A stretch of DNA of 64,000 nucleotides from a virus (IMGVR_UViG_3300031134_000004:32001-96000), one strand, 5' to 3'; numbered from the stretch's first letter, positions 26,027 through 36,695 are shown. A program made the numbers and translations. Notes: generated by a model not told the origin, from the letters alone.

Positions 26027-27754
26027 TTAGATGCTTGGCTCGTAGACTTTGTCACCAGTGTGAATCAAGAACGCTTCCAGCAACTTTTCTTGGGTAGGCA
26101 TCGAGTACATGTCCACGCAAAACTCGGTAGCGTTGACGTGACCAGCACTCAGGTTCACACCTTGTGTCCGCTGAATGCTCTCTGGTACACCCAGAATACG
26201 AACGAGTTCCTTGTGCGTGGTTTCCTTGGAGATGTTAAAGACCGCACCGCCATTTGGATACGATGCCGATACGTCCAAGTCACCAACGTGCGCACGGATG
26301 TTCGTCATCTGGAATTCGTTCTCCATGATCACGTTCAATCCGTTGTCGTCCACAAGGTGAGCAGGTAAGGTAACGATCCACCCATCCAGGCCCACAGTAA
26401 ATTCATCCAACTCCGTACTCATCTCGTCCGAGGTCGAACCGAACACCTTCTCGTTTTCCAAGCAGAAGTAATGAAGCTTATCTGCCAGACGACGTGGTTG
26501 CGACTTGAAGTTCTCGAAGTCCGAGTGCGCCGAATACAGCGGCAGCGTCACGCACAAGTCCAGCGTCTTCTCATCGAGCATTTGCATGCAGACCGAATCG
26601 AACACGTTATAGATCACGTATTCCAGCGGGTGCTTTGCTTGCATGAATTGGTGCCACTCCAGTCCACTGTAGCTGTCGGCTTCCTTGAACTTGAGCTTGC
26701 CCCCCAGGTCGTGCTTTTTCAAGATCGAGTCCAGCGAGTACGACGGCTCTTCTTGGTTACCAGTACGAATGTGGCGGTAAGCACACATGGCGTCCATGAA
26801 GTAGAACGAGGCTGGCGCGTAAGCGGTGTGCCATTGCGCTGACGGTTTAATGGGTGTGACTTTACCAGAAGCGGTTACTTTCTGGTTGGGCCCCTTCTTG
26901 AACTTGAAGAACTGGAAACCAGCTTCAATGACTTTCGGGTCAGAAAACACCATGGCAGGATCGATGCCGTCTTTCTCGAGCGCCTTGAGCATCTTGTCCA
27001 TGTCGAACGTGATGTTCCAGATCGAGACGAAGTCAGGTTGCCATTCATGCGCTTTCTTAAAGCACTCGATGACGATGTCCGATTCCTTCTCAACGATCTT
27101 GATCTCCCACTCAAGACCACGCTTTTCCACTTGCTCACCCATGTAGGCACGCAAGAGCTTTTGCAGACGCTCTTCCACTTCAGCATGGCCTTCAACGAAC
27201 CACGCACGAATGGCAGTAAAGACTTTGTTACCATGGGAGATCGTTCCCATGATGATTTCATCCGTACCACGATTAACGTCCGTTTCCGTATCGAACGGTG
27301 CTGCCGTGTAGCGGGTGACTAAGTCAGGCCACTTTTCTTGGTAGCTGCGTTTGAGCACAGCAGTGGAGAGAATATCCGTACCGTAGAGATACGGGTTGCG
27401 GTTCAAGCGACGCATGTCGCCTTTAAACCATGGCTCACCCACGGCGCGCGCTGCGCTGTCGATCAGGTTAATTTGCGTCGATTCAAAACGCGAGACCCGG
27501 TCTTCGTGTTCCCATTCTTTTTTGTCGTTGTGGTCACGGAAACCCTTCTTCGTAACCCAGAAAGGACGCTTATAGTTGGTGATCAAGCGCAGGTTTGGCA
27601 CTTGGATGATTTGGTCACCTTGCTTAACGTGCAAGATCTCTTTAACGACGTGCAAGTCATTGCGTGAATTGTCGTTAGGCATGCAGTGCGTAGCGAAGCG
27701 ACACTCGATACCAACGACATCTTCACGAGCGTATTTGGGCATAGGGGTATTCAT
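26027..27754 (-). CDS. Family B DNA polymerase, exonuclease-containing subunit of a split enzyme (phiKZ gp82-like)
   Basis: Exo I FDTET, Exo II WNITFDM, YFMDAMCAY, Exo III YNVFDS, polymerase motif A DLDVSASYP near the C-terminus; motifs B and C absent. Confidence 0.88.
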   Translation of the reverse strand: MNTPMPKYAREDVVGIECRFATHCMPNDNSRNDLHVVKEILHVKQGDQIIQVPNLRLITNYKRPFWVTKKGFRDHNDKKEWEHEDRVSRFESTQINLIDSAARAVGEPWFKGDMRRLNRNPYLYGTDILSTAVLKRSYQEKWPDLVTRYTAAPFDTETDVNRGTDEIIMGTISHGNKVFTAIRAWFVEGHAEVEERLQKLLRAYMGEQVEKRGLEWEIKIVEKESDIVIECFKKAHEWQPDFVSIWNITFDMDKMLKALEKDGIDPAMVFSDPKVIEAGFQFFKFKKGPNQKVTASGKVTPIKPSAQWHTAYAPASFYFMDAMCAYRHIRTGNQEEPSYSLDSILKKHDLGGKLKFKEADSYSGLEWHQFMQAKHPLEYVIYNVFDSVCMQMLDEKTLDLCVTLPLYSAHSDFENFKSQPRRLADKLHYFCLENEKVFGSTSDEMSTELDEFTVGLDGWIVTLPAHLVDDNGLNVIMENEFQMTNIRAHVGDLDVSASYPNGGAVFNISKETTHKELVRILGVPESIQRTQGVNLSAGHVNATEFCVDMYSMPTQEKLLEAFLIHTGDKVYEPSI

Positions 27755-27906
27755 GGGCTAATGGCTTCCTAGAAACTGTTGGTAATCAGTATGAACTGTA
27801 CGGTCCAATTATGCTCTATCTTATTTGACCGACTCTCTCAAACAATCAGTCGGGTATGTTAAATCTGACCCGAAAAGTCTTTCCCATCTATCAACGAGGA
27901 ATCCCC

Positions 27907-29139
27907 ATGCGTTTTCTGAAAACCCAACCCAGCTTGGAAAGTGTGGATTTTCAATCGACTACCTTCTTTAAAGAACTCACCAACGCTTTCGCAGAGCTGC
28001 AGTCGGAGAAGAAGGATGCGTCGGAAAGTCCTGTTGTCCAGCAAGTGTCCAAGATCATTGCCAACCACACCGGCATGAACATCGACATCCTGATCGACGA
28101 CTACGATCCATGTATCGAAGTCCCCCACGTCGACAAGAACCATCCGCTTGTCAATGAATTCTGGCGCAACGCCGTCAATAGCAACGACGGCTTGGCCTTG
28201 ATCAACAAAGCCGAAGGCGCCGTGCGCGGCACCGTCAATACCCGCACGGGTAAAGTTACCGGGATCTTCACCGAACTCAAGGGTAAGATCCATCTGAACA
28301 AAACGCTCTTTTCTGGCAAGAAGTTCGAAGCCGATGAGATTGCTGCGATCACGCTGCATGAAGTGGGTCATCTGTTCACCTACTTCGAGTACATCACTCG
28401 TTCAGTTACCACCAACCAAGTGCTCGCCGGTGTGGCAAAAGCACTGGATCAGTCCGGTACTATCGAAGAGCGCGAAGCCGTGCTCATCAGCGCTAAACAA
28501 GCGCTCAAGCTGTCGGACCTCGATACCAAGGAATTGGCCAAGTCGACCAACAAGAAAGTCGTTGAAATCGTCATCATCACCAACGCTGCCCGTAAAGCCG
28601 AATCGGAACTGGGAAGCAACGTGTACGACTTCTCGAGCTGGGAAATGCTGGCAGACCAATACGCTTCCCGCTACGGCGCTTACCGCCCACTCGTGACGGC
28701 ACTGGCTAAGTACTACAAAGGCGTGTACAACATCGCTTTCCGTGGCACCGTCGGTTACATCGTGATGGAAGTGGTCAAGCTCATCACTATCCTTAGCCCT
28801 GTTTTGTTCATCGTTCTCGTGGCGATGGATGGTTCGGGTGACGGCACGTACGACGTACCAGGAGCGCGCTTTAAGCGTGTACGTAATCAGATCGTGGAAA
28901 ACCTCAAGGACAAGAAACTGTCCAAGGACGACCATGAACGCCTGATGGCCGATATCGCTGCGATCGATGAAATCCTTTCGCAAATGAACAGTCGTCGTCA
29001 AGTGTTTGGCTTGCTGTACGATTCGCTCGTACCGTCGGGACGTAAAGCGTACCGTCAGGAAAAGCAACAACAAGAACTGGAAAAGCTGGCAATGAATGAC
29101 CTGTTCGTCAAAGCAGCTGAACTGCGTCAGATGACCTAA
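27907..29139 (+). CDS. Virion head/ejection protein with HEXXH zincin motif
   Basis: GAGGA RBS; PSLES protease site near the N-terminus; ITLHEVGHLF and EMLADQYA. Confidence 0.72.
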   Translation: MRFLKTQPSLESVDFQSTTFFKELTNAFAELQSEKKDASESPVVQQVSKIIANHTGMNIDILIDDYDPCIEVPHVDKNHPLVNEFWRNAVNSNDGLALINKAEGAVRGTVNTRTGKVTGIFTELKGKIHLNKTLFSGKKFEADEIAAITLHEVGHLFTYFEYITRSVTTNQVLAGVAKALDQSGTIEEREAVLISAKQALKLSDLDTKELAKSTNKKVVEIVIITNAARKAESELGSNVYDFSSWEMLADQYASRYGAYRPLVTALAKYYKGVYNIAFRGTVGYIVMEVVKLITILSPVLFIVLVAMDGSGDGTYDVPGARFKRVRNQIVENLKDKKLSKDDHERLMADIAAIDEILSQMNSRRQVFGLLYDSLVPSGRKAYRQEKQQQELEKLAMNDLFVKAAELRQMT

Positions 29140-29154
29140 CCTAGAAAGAAGACC

Positions 29155-30576
29155 GTGGAAGATTTCAACCAAGAAGTTGAAGAACTGGTGGCGCTTGAAA
29201 GCGTCCTTACCCGGATTGGTCAAATCCAAGATCGCGTAGCAGCTGAAGGCATGTCCAAGCAGGTGGCGATGGAAGCACAGTCGCTCATCAATGGTTTTAA
29301 CAAGAACCGTCCTTTGGCATTCTACAGCCAAAGCCCGTCGTTTGTTGCCGAGTATAACACAGCGCTCGAAGCACTCTCGACTGGCAGTGCGCCTGCCTTG
29401 ACGTTGGTTTTGATCGCCTTGGCTGCCCTCATCGGTCGCTTCCTTGCTTACTTCTTTAGTAAGCAGGGAAAATCAAGCGGCGGTGGCGGCAGTAGTGGTG
29501 GTGGTGGCTTTAAAGTCATTTGGACTTACAAGGGCAAGAAGTACGATAACTACGCCGACGTCTCGAAAGCGCAGCAAGAAGACTTGAGGCGCTATAACGA
29601 ACAGTTTTGCAAAGACTTCGAGCAATGGGTTGACCGGGGAGAGAAAGACGCTCGCCACAACCGTAAAGATTCGTCCGACAGCAAAGCACCGCCGTTTAAA
29701 GCAAAGCCTGCTGGCAAGAGCATGCCGAGTAACCCACATCAAGCGTTTGATCAACTCTTTGAAGAAGAGATCAAAAACAATGGCGAGAAAAGCCAGATCG
29801 TGGGACTTCTCGAAACGCAAGACGGTTTGATGCATGACTTGCTAAACGATGGCGCCTACACACGTTTCATGCACGATGCTGTGAACCTGGCACCGGAACT
29901 GAAGAAATCCCTGTCCGCCATGCAAGGCCACATCAACGGCATGCTGCGCGATACCAAGCACTTCTTGGACAACCGTGACAAACTCACGGCTGAGAGCAAG
30001 AAGGAACTCGTCGATCGCCTGCAAGATGCGTTCTACACCAAGCTTAGTGTTTCGGTCCAAGGTAAGCCATACGACATCCATGAGGTCGTGGAAATCATGG
30101 TTGCGCAAAAGCACGACATGCAGGCTGGTCAAGGCACGAAGAAATTCAAGTACAGCCAGTTGGTTAGCACCTTCACCGCTGCCACCCAGAAGTTCCCAGT
30201 TAAGACAATGGTCGATGCGTTTTACGACGCCCAAGAAACGTTACCAGAAATTCAGAGTAAAACTGAAGAGTACGCTAACGTCATCAAAGGCGTAGAGAAC
30301 TTGAAGAACTTCGACGACTGGGACCAAGCGTACGTCAAAGGCTTGCGTGACACAGCAGCGAAGTTTAGCAAGACCATCAAAGACATCGTCATGTACCTGG
30401 CCCATCTCGATAGCTACAGCAAAGCACTGCGCCGCGCTGAAAGTCAAGTCACGAAGCTTAATCGCGAAGGCGTTAAGCTCTTGACGGAAGCTGCTAAGAA
30501 AGACGGCTTTGAACCAAGCGCTGCCACGAAAAAGATGACCAAGGAAATCTTGGACGACATGACTGTCGAAATGTAA
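29155..30576 (+). CDS. Proteolytically processed virion head protein
   Basis: ALES, AMEA and ALEA S/A/G-x-E sites, then a hydrophobic helix and a Gly-rich linker; GTG start. Confidence 0.7.
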   Translation: MEDFNQEVEELVALESVLTRIGQIQDRVAAEGMSKQVAMEAQSLINGFNKNRPLAFYSQSPSFVAEYNTALEALSTGSAPALTLVLIALAALIGRFLAYFFSKQGKSSGGGGSSGGGGFKVIWTYKGKKYDNYADVSKAQQEDLRRYNEQFCKDFEQWVDRGEKDARHNRKDSSDSKAPPFKAKPAGKSMPSNPHQAFDQLFEEEIKNNGEKSQIVGLLETQDGLMHDLLNDGAYTRFMHDAVNLAPELKKSLSAMQGHINGMLRDTKHFLDNRDKLTAESKKELVDRLQDAFYTKLSVSVQGKPYDIHEVVEIMVAQKHDMQAGQGTKKFKYSQLVSTFTAATQKFPVKTMVDAFYDAQETLPEIQSKTEEYANVIKGVENLKNFDDWDQAYVKGLRDTAAKFSKTIKDIVMYLAHLDSYSKALRRAESQVTKLNREGVKLLTEAAKKDGFEPSAATKKMTKEILDDMTVEM

Positions 30577-30600
30577 CGAACCCATTTATTAGGATTTACC

Positions 30601-31062
30601 ATGCAAACGAAATTTATCTCCTTTCACGATCAGGCCAACCGCTTGATTACCGACGTCCTGGCGCGTTCGAACATCTTGGCTGCAGCCATTGGTCGCGCCG
30701 TCGCAAACGTTCAGCCACTGCCCTCCTCGCCCGTTGAAAGTGCATCCGGTTACTTTAACACCCATGCGCTGCCACAACTGCGCACGATCGTGTCGGAGTG
30801 GAACGAAAACATGACGGTCAACACCGCCATCTGCACCGAGTACGCTCGCATCTTCTGGCTGCTGCGCTACAATGCGGCGCACCCGAACTCGCGTCCACTG
30901 TACGACAGCCCGTACGACTTCTTCTGCACCACGATGGGTGTGAAAAGCTACGTAAGCGATGAGCAGTACGCGTTCCTTAACACCCACAAGGAAACCATCC
31001 TGGCCCTGTCCTCGAGCGTCTCGCGCATGCTGTGCGCAGAGCAGGAGCAGCGCAATGGCTAA
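30601..31062 (+). CDS. Conserved phiKZ-like protein, 153 aa
   Basis: TAGGA RBS; lies in the structural block. Confidence 0.7.
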   Translation: MQTKFISFHDQANRLITDVLARSNILAAAIGRAVANVQPLPSSPVESASGYFNTHALPQLRTIVSEWNENMTVNTAICTEYARIFWLLRYNAAHPNSRPLYDSPYDFFCTTMGVKSYVSDEQYAFLNTHKETILALSSSVSRMLCAEQEQRNG

Positions 31063-32656
31063 AGCACCTCGCCGTGGTCTCATGGCGATGGAAGCGATAG
31101 ACGGTGTTACGGATCTGGGGTACTCGGTCAACAAGCTTGGCCAGATTGCCCCACTCGTACCAATGGAAAACGCCGCCTATGTGCAGCCGTTGTATCCTGA
31201 GCATTTCGATCCTGGTGTTAAGCCAGGCATGAAGCTGTTTGCTAACGGCACCGACAATGAAGGGACAGACTTCTTCGCTGTGCCGATCATGGAAGACGAA
31301 GAGCTTGATGTGGCTGAGAACCTCGACGGCATTGCCGCACTCGAGTCGCAGTTGCAAGACTTGCTGTACCTTGAAAACGATTTGCTCCAAGCTGGCGGGA
31401 TGAACAAGCACTTTGCCATGGAAGCGCAGAAAGTCATTCCCAACTTCGGTGGTGTCCCGATGGGCTACTACACTGAAGCGACGACCGCTACCCGTTACAA
31501 GGTTTCGCTGGAAGAACTCTCCCGTGGTGTCTGGGCGGCTATTGCTGCTGGTGTGGCAGTTGTGATTGCGGCCATTGGCAAATTCATCTTCTGGATGATG
31601 GGTCGTCGTAACAAAGGTGACTCCACGCCAAGTAGCGGTGAGGTGACCAATGCTGATGTGAAAGCGGCTGTGCAATCGGCCAAAGAAATGCCAGCAGAAG
31701 TCAAAGCCATGGCCAAGTCGATGGATGTCGGGCAAAAGGCGGTTGTCAAAGCAGAAGGCATGCTCTCGAACAACCCCTTGACGCTTAAGAATGAACACGG
31801 CAAGGAATACACCGTGCATTCGTTCCAAGACATCATCAACAATGTCTTTACGGACCAAGAGCGCTATGGTCGGGCTAAGCAGTTCTTCGACAACCGTGAC
31901 GCTTACACCCACGACATCATCAATGGGGGCGAGTTCTCCAAAAAGATGGCGGCGCTCTCGCAGAGCATGGGGGCGGTCTCGTCGGCACTGTCGATTAAGG
32001 CAGAGACGGTTGAAGGCGTGATTCGTCGCGACTTGGGTTCGCACAGCGTGTCGGATGAAATGAAAAACAATTCGACATTAACGACAGTGGGTAAAGTCAT
32101 TGAAGTTACGCTCATGGGTCGCACCATGACGCTGCGCGAATTGGCTGACCATCTCTCTGACGAGCGTAAAGAGTTGCGTGAGAAAACCATCACCAACCCG
32201 ATCATGTTCGACAAGCTCTTCTCGACCATGCACAAGACGTACGAATCGCACACGATTGACACCATCATGCGTGAAGCTGGTTCGCTCATCGAGTGCCTGG
32301 ATGCGGTGCGTACCCGTCTGGAAAAGATGAAGGGTGCTTCGCGTAATCTGTCAACCGATGGCGTGCCTGGCGCGCTGACGCAAGACGTGGGTGAGAAGAT
32401 CCGTCAAACGCTGTCGAGCTTGCAAGAAGAAGTCATTGCTCTTAGCATGATTGCAGCAGAGATCACGCTCTTCTTCCGTACCTTGGAAACCTTGGCGAAC
32501 CACGCCTTGGGCTTTGGTGTGGAAGTGGTGCGTAAATGCTCGCAACTCATGAAAGCGCAAAAGCAAGACATCCCTGATGGTTGGAAAGAAGTGCTGGAGG
32601 AATTGAACGAACAGCACAAAGCCATCACTGCGGGTTACTTTAGCCTGAAACGTTAA
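31055..32656 (+). CDS. Proteolytically processed virion head protein
   Basis: CAGGAG RBS before the ATG at 31055; AMEA, ALES and SLEE sites; N-terminal region paralogous to 29155..30576. Confidence 0.72.
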   Translation: MAKAPRRGLMAMEAIDGVTDLGYSVNKLGQIAPLVPMENAAYVQPLYPEHFDPGVKPGMKLFANGTDNEGTDFFAVPIMEDEELDVAENLDGIAALESQLQDLLYLENDLLQAGGMNKHFAMEAQKVIPNFGGVPMGYYTEATTATRYKVSLEELSRGVWAAIAAGVAVVIAAIGKFIFWMMGRRNKGDSTPSSGEVTNADVKAAVQSAKEMPAEVKAMAKSMDVGQKAVVKAEGMLSNNPLTLKNEHGKEYTVHSFQDIINNVFTDQERYGRAKQFFDNRDAYTHDIINGGEFSKKMAALSQSMGAVSSALSIKAETVEGVIRRDLGSHSVSDEMKNNSTLTTVGKVIEVTLMGRTMTLRELADHLSDERKELREKTITNPIMFDKLFSTMHKTYESHTIDTIMREAGSLIECLDAVRTRLEKMKGASRNLSTDGVPGALTQDVGEKIRQTLSSLQEEVIALSMIAAEITLFFRTLETLANHALGFGVEVVRKCSQLMKAQKQDIPDGWKEVLEELNEQHKAITAGYFSLKR

Positions 32657-32661
32657 ATCGA

Positions 32662-32703
32662 CGTCATAGACCCCCGGCTCAAGTGGCCGGGGGCTTATGC
32701 CGC
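32662..32703. terminator. Bidirectional CATA/TATG-flanked hairpin
   Basis: cgtcataga-cccccggc-tcaagtg-gccggggg-cttatgccgc between convergent genes. Confidence 0.75.
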
Positions 32704-32705
32704 TA

Positions 32706-35609
32706 TTAGGCGGTCATCGAATGGCGAATGATGTTGACAGTAACGTCTTCCTCGACAATCAAGCTATCGTCCGCTTGTGCTACGAGTCGCTTACGAATGC
32801 TGCAGCGGTCCGATTCGTCAAGGACAGTTAAGGCAGGAATGAATTCATCCTCACCCATCGTCAAACGCATCGCCACCACATCGCTTCCGTACTGTGCACG
32901 CAAACTAGCTTGGATCGAATCCAATGCCACCGTCGTGTTGTTCAACCCAGCGCTAATGCCAGCCACCGTTGTTTTACGCAGTTGCTCCACGAGTTCGAGG
33001 TTGTTGTACACAGCTGCTGGTACGTACAAGTCCACCCGGAACGATTGGGCAGCCTTGATCGTTTTGACCAGACCATCTTGCACCATGACGCGAATTGAAC
33101 CCAAGGTTGTCTTTGGATAGAAGTAGATGTTGGTCAGTTCGAGCAGTTCTTTCTCGATCCCAGCCAAATCGTTCGTCAACCAATTTACCACCGTGGCCGT
33201 CATCTCTGCGCGGTACTTCAGGGCTGTTGCATCCGTTGCAAATGCGTAAGCGCCTTCAATGAGCATGATGTCGATCTGACGAATCATCCCGCGTTCGTCT
33301 TCTACAACAGGTTGACCGTCACGCAAGACAACGTCGCCTTTACGGAACTTGTAGACGACTTCACCATCGGCGTAGTAGACAGGATCACCCTTAGCATGCA
33401 AGAGTTTTTGCACGAGCTTACCGTCGACGATCTTAATCGTTGCACCGTTGACGTCAGCTTCGTACACATCCTTTTCATACACGGCAGGCACATTGATTTC
33501 ATGGCGCTTGTAACCAACAGAGGAAATCACACTACGCGAACGTGCCCAGAGCGTCTCGAGTGCATAACCGAAACGAATGCGCAGCTTCTCATGCGAGATG
33601 CCAGCCACACGCAGCGGTAGCAAGAAGCGACCCAGTACCGTGTCGATAACGTTCGATTGCCACTGCACGTCCATGTACTTGCTACTCGAGTAGAGAATAT
33701 CGAATTCCGTCGTCAAGTCAGCACCCGTCAAACGCGGCTCCAGTGTGTAGAGGAAGAACTTCTCCAACTGCAGCTTGTGTTCTTTGGTGACGTTAAAGTT
33801 TGTCGACAAGTCAAACGTGTAGATACGTTCGTCATCTTCCGTACGTCCCACGAGCACGCCGTTCAGATATGCCCGCTCCTTTTCCCCTGCTGGGATGAAT
33901 GCCAACTGCACATGCACTTCGCTATCGTCGAGCATTTTGTACTCGTCGCCCGATTGCGTAATGACCGTGATACGGTAACCCCGTGCAACACGCTCGATCA
34001 TGTACGAACCAGTATTAACTTGCAAGAGCGTTGTGTCGTTTTCAGCCACGAACAGTTTCGTCTCAGCGATTGGATCATCCAGATAGTAAGGCCGCACAGC
34101 AAACTCTGCCCCACTGGCATCGAGTACGTAATGAAATGGCGTGAACAGATAGTTCCCGTTCGTCACTGCCGTGGCCCGCTTGTCAACCGACAAGTTCTTA
34201 AGGTAAGTAATGTCTTGGCTCGAGACCATTGACGTTACCCCATCGATCGTCCGGTACATCGTCTCTGGCGTGATCGTAACACTCGCACCATTGTTAATGA
34301 CCGTGTCGTGTTCGACTGCAGACTTCAAAGACACTGAAATCGTTTCAATCGATGCCGCTGCTGCCGTGATCAAGCGGGTGTCGCTTGGCGTTGGCATGGC
34401 GCGGGTGGCTTGGAATTCACGCCGGGTAATGTTGTCGATGTTCTTGACAACCGTGTAGCCATTACGTTCGAGCGTGGTTTCGATCTGGGTTGGGGTAATT
34501 GGCAGAGACGGCGAACCAATTGCATTTTTAATGACGCGTTCACGCAACTGTTCAAACGTCAGCGAGTTCGCACCACCTGTGATCGGGTTTTCTGCATACA
34601 CAGCAATCGAACGGAACGTTTTGATCGGTGCGTTGTACACATCCTTGTCGGTATTGTCGTACGACACCCACGTCGCTCCAAAAGCGGTAAATGGGTAATC
34701 CATTGGGATCAAGTTAATTGGTCCTTTGGTTTGGTAGACGTCAACCCGCACGGAACTACTGAGCAGATTGCTGCTCGTGTAGATTTGTGGGATCGTGACC
34801 GAGACGCTCTTACCCACTACTTTCAACACTGCCGTTGGCGTGGTGATGTCGTAGACTTGGTCAGTGTGTGTGGTGCGGATTTCTTTCCACGAACCGTCAG
34901 GGTTCTCCACATAGACACGGGTGTAGTAATACTGGTCTTCCAGTGTCAAGTCGATCTTGAAGTCTTGCGCTGCGGTGGTCGAACCGTACTGGCTTTCGAT
35001 ATCGAACTGCTGCACATCGACTTGGAAGTAAATCCAGTCACCATCCCCATTGCGACGAATCTCGTGGGCAATGACGTTACTGGCCAACGTTTGCAGAGGC
35101 GACGGTTGGTCCACATCGTACACCACTTGAATACCACCGTGCAGGAGCTGGCGAATTTCAATTGGGTACTGCATGCTGAAATTGATGTCAGCGATGGTAA
35201 AGAAGCTGTTGCGTGGCAGGGTCAGCTTACGAATACCGGTAGCAGGATCGAGTACCATCTTTTCGATTGTCTCGTCGTAAGGCAAAGCCAGCGAAAACTT
35301 CGTGCTCGATGGCGTAGCGAACCGGTTCACGAAGTCTTTGTCGGACATGTGGATGTACAAGTCCTCTGGCGTTTGCGCAGCGTACGGATACTGACGCCGG
35401 GTATTGGTTTCGTCCTTGATCATCGCCGCTGCCGTCAAGACGGCTGCAGACTCCAGACAAAAGACGAAGGGGTTCGTTGGGTCAACAATGTCCATGTCAC
35501 CCCCCAAGGCATTGCGCAGCGTTTGCAAGACAGCGCGCTGAATGGCCGTGGGATTGGTTTGGAAAGCAAGTACATTGTCAATGAGGTTGCTCACTGGGGT
35601 GTCGCTCAT
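32706..35609 (-). CDS. Large virion structural protein, probable baseplate wedge (phiKZ gp87-like by synteny)
   Basis: 967 aa; DIVDPTNPFVFCLES, NPITGGANSLTFEQLRERVI (baseplate-J/T4 gp6-like GG...D..R segment). Confidence 0.7.
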   Translation of the reverse strand: MSDTPVSNLIDNVLAFQTNPTAIQRAVLQTLRNALGGDMDIVDPTNPFVFCLESAAVLTAAAMIKDETNTRRQYPYAAQTPEDLYIHMSDKDFVNRFATPSSTKFSLALPYDETIEKMVLDPATGIRKLTLPRNSFFTIADINFSMQYPIEIRQLLHGGIQVVYDVDQPSPLQTLASNVIAHEIRRNGDGDWIYFQVDVQQFDIESQYGSTTAAQDFKIDLTLEDQYYYTRVYVENPDGSWKEIRTTHTDQVYDITTPTAVLKVVGKSVSVTIPQIYTSSNLLSSSVRVDVYQTKGPINLIPMDYPFTAFGATWVSYDNTDKDVYNAPIKTFRSIAVYAENPITGGANSLTFEQLRERVIKNAIGSPSLPITPTQIETTLERNGYTVVKNIDNITRREFQATRAMPTPSDTRLITAAAASIETISVSLKSAVEHDTVINNGASVTITPETMYRTIDGVTSMVSSQDITYLKNLSVDKRATAVTNGNYLFTPFHYVLDASGAEFAVRPYYLDDPIAETKLFVAENDTTLLQVNTGSYMIERVARGYRITVITQSGDEYKMLDDSEVHVQLAFIPAGEKERAYLNGVLVGRTEDDERIYTFDLSTNFNVTKEHKLQLEKFFLYTLEPRLTGADLTTEFDILYSSSKYMDVQWQSNVIDTVLGRFLLPLRVAGISHEKLRIRFGYALETLWARSRSVISSVGYKRHEINVPAVYEKDVYEADVNGATIKIVDGKLVQKLLHAKGDPVYYADGEVVYKFRKGDVVLRDGQPVVEDERGMIRQIDIMLIEGAYAFATDATALKYRAEMTATVVNWLTNDLAGIEKELLELTNIYFYPKTTLGSIRVMVQDGLVKTIKAAQSFRVDLYVPAAVYNNLELVEQLRKTTVAGISAGLNNTTVALDSIQASLRAQYGSDVVAMRLTMGEDEFIPALTVLDESDRCSIRKRLVAQADDSLIVEEDVTVNIIRHSMTA

Positions 35610-35624
35610 GATGGTTCCGTGTAG

Positions 35625-36695
35625 TTATCGTTTCAAGGCAGGCAGGCGGTAGTTGTACTCTTCTTTACTGACCCACCACTCCAACTCATACGTCAGTGGA
35701 TTGATCCGTGGGTAGCCGCGCCCGTTAAAGAGTTCCAGTGCTTGGGCAGGCACCTTCTTGTAAAATTGTTGACGCTTGCCTTCAGCCAACGACGAATTGA
35801 ACATCTCACCGACGAAGTTAAATTCGTGAATCAAGATGTCGTCGTCGTACTCTACGCCAATGACGCGCAAGGGAATACTGATCTGGTCCGACATGGCGTT
35901 GTTGACAGGACGGTCCGATTCAAAGTTGTACTGCGCACCCTTAGGGATCGACAAACAAAACGCAGCAGCGCCTTTAGCAATGCCTTTGACAAACGTTTTG
36001 GTCGAATCCATCACCAAGCGATAAATGCCCGTTTGGTAATCGATTTCGTTTTGCACAATGAATTCTGGATACGGCACCATCAAACCTTGGGTGACGTAAG
36101 TCGAGTACAAACCCCAGACATAAAACAAGCCCATGATTGGGTTACCTGGGATGTTGCGGAAGTTGGCAGTTATATCGTATGTTCCCCAATTGTCCGCATT
36201 GCCGTCGACATGACTGTAAGCTTCCTTATACACACCTTCGGGTGACGTGAACGTTGGAATGTTCACATCAGGCCATCCACTCATCGAGAGTAGGTGGTTT
36301 GATAGGATAGGTATGAAGGCTTGCTGGTTGTCAACAAACGGACTTGCAATACCGACTGCTGCCAAATTAGGGTCAAGCGTACAGCGGATAATCCGTTGCA
36401 CACTGGCTGGTTCTAACGTAAGCAGCGAGGCGAACTTGCGAATCATGCGCACGTTTTCCGTGGTCATGTTGCAAAGCGGGCGCGTGAAAAACGTGTAACC
36501 GAAGTAATCTTTGTTAATCTGGATTGCATTGGGCGTTTGTCGATGGTTGATACCATAGAAGCTGTCGCCAATCGCGGTGCTCAAAGCACCCACAGGCGTT
36601 GCTTGAAAGATGTTATCGACAACCTGCGCTGCCGGCCCTAATTGGCTTTCTTGTAAAAGTTGGGCCACATTTTTTTGTTTAAACTCATCAGCCAT
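35625..36695 (-). CDS. Virion structural protein, tail-tube/baseplate-like (phiKZ gp88-like)
   Basis: GYTFFTRPLCNM and LLSMSGWPD motifs; likely start is the ATG at 36695 (MADEFKQK). Confidence 0.7.
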   Translation of the reverse strand: MADEFKQKNVAQLLQESQLGPAAQVVDNIFQATPVGALSTAIGDSFYGINHRQTPNAIQINKDYFGYTFFTRPLCNMTTENVRMIRKFASLLTLEPASVQRIIRCTLDPNLAAVGIASPFVDNQQAFIPILSNHLLSMSGWPDVNIPTFTSPEGVYKEAYSHVDGNADNWGTYDITANFRNIPGNPIMGLFYVWGLYSTYVTQGLMVPYPEFIVQNEIDYQTGIYRLVMDSTKTFVKGIAKGAAAFCLSIPKGAQYNFESDRPVNNAMSDQISIPLRVIGVEYDDDILIHEFNFVGEMFNSSLAEGKRQQFYKKVPAQALELFNGRGYPRINPLTYELEWWVSKEEYNYRLPALKR

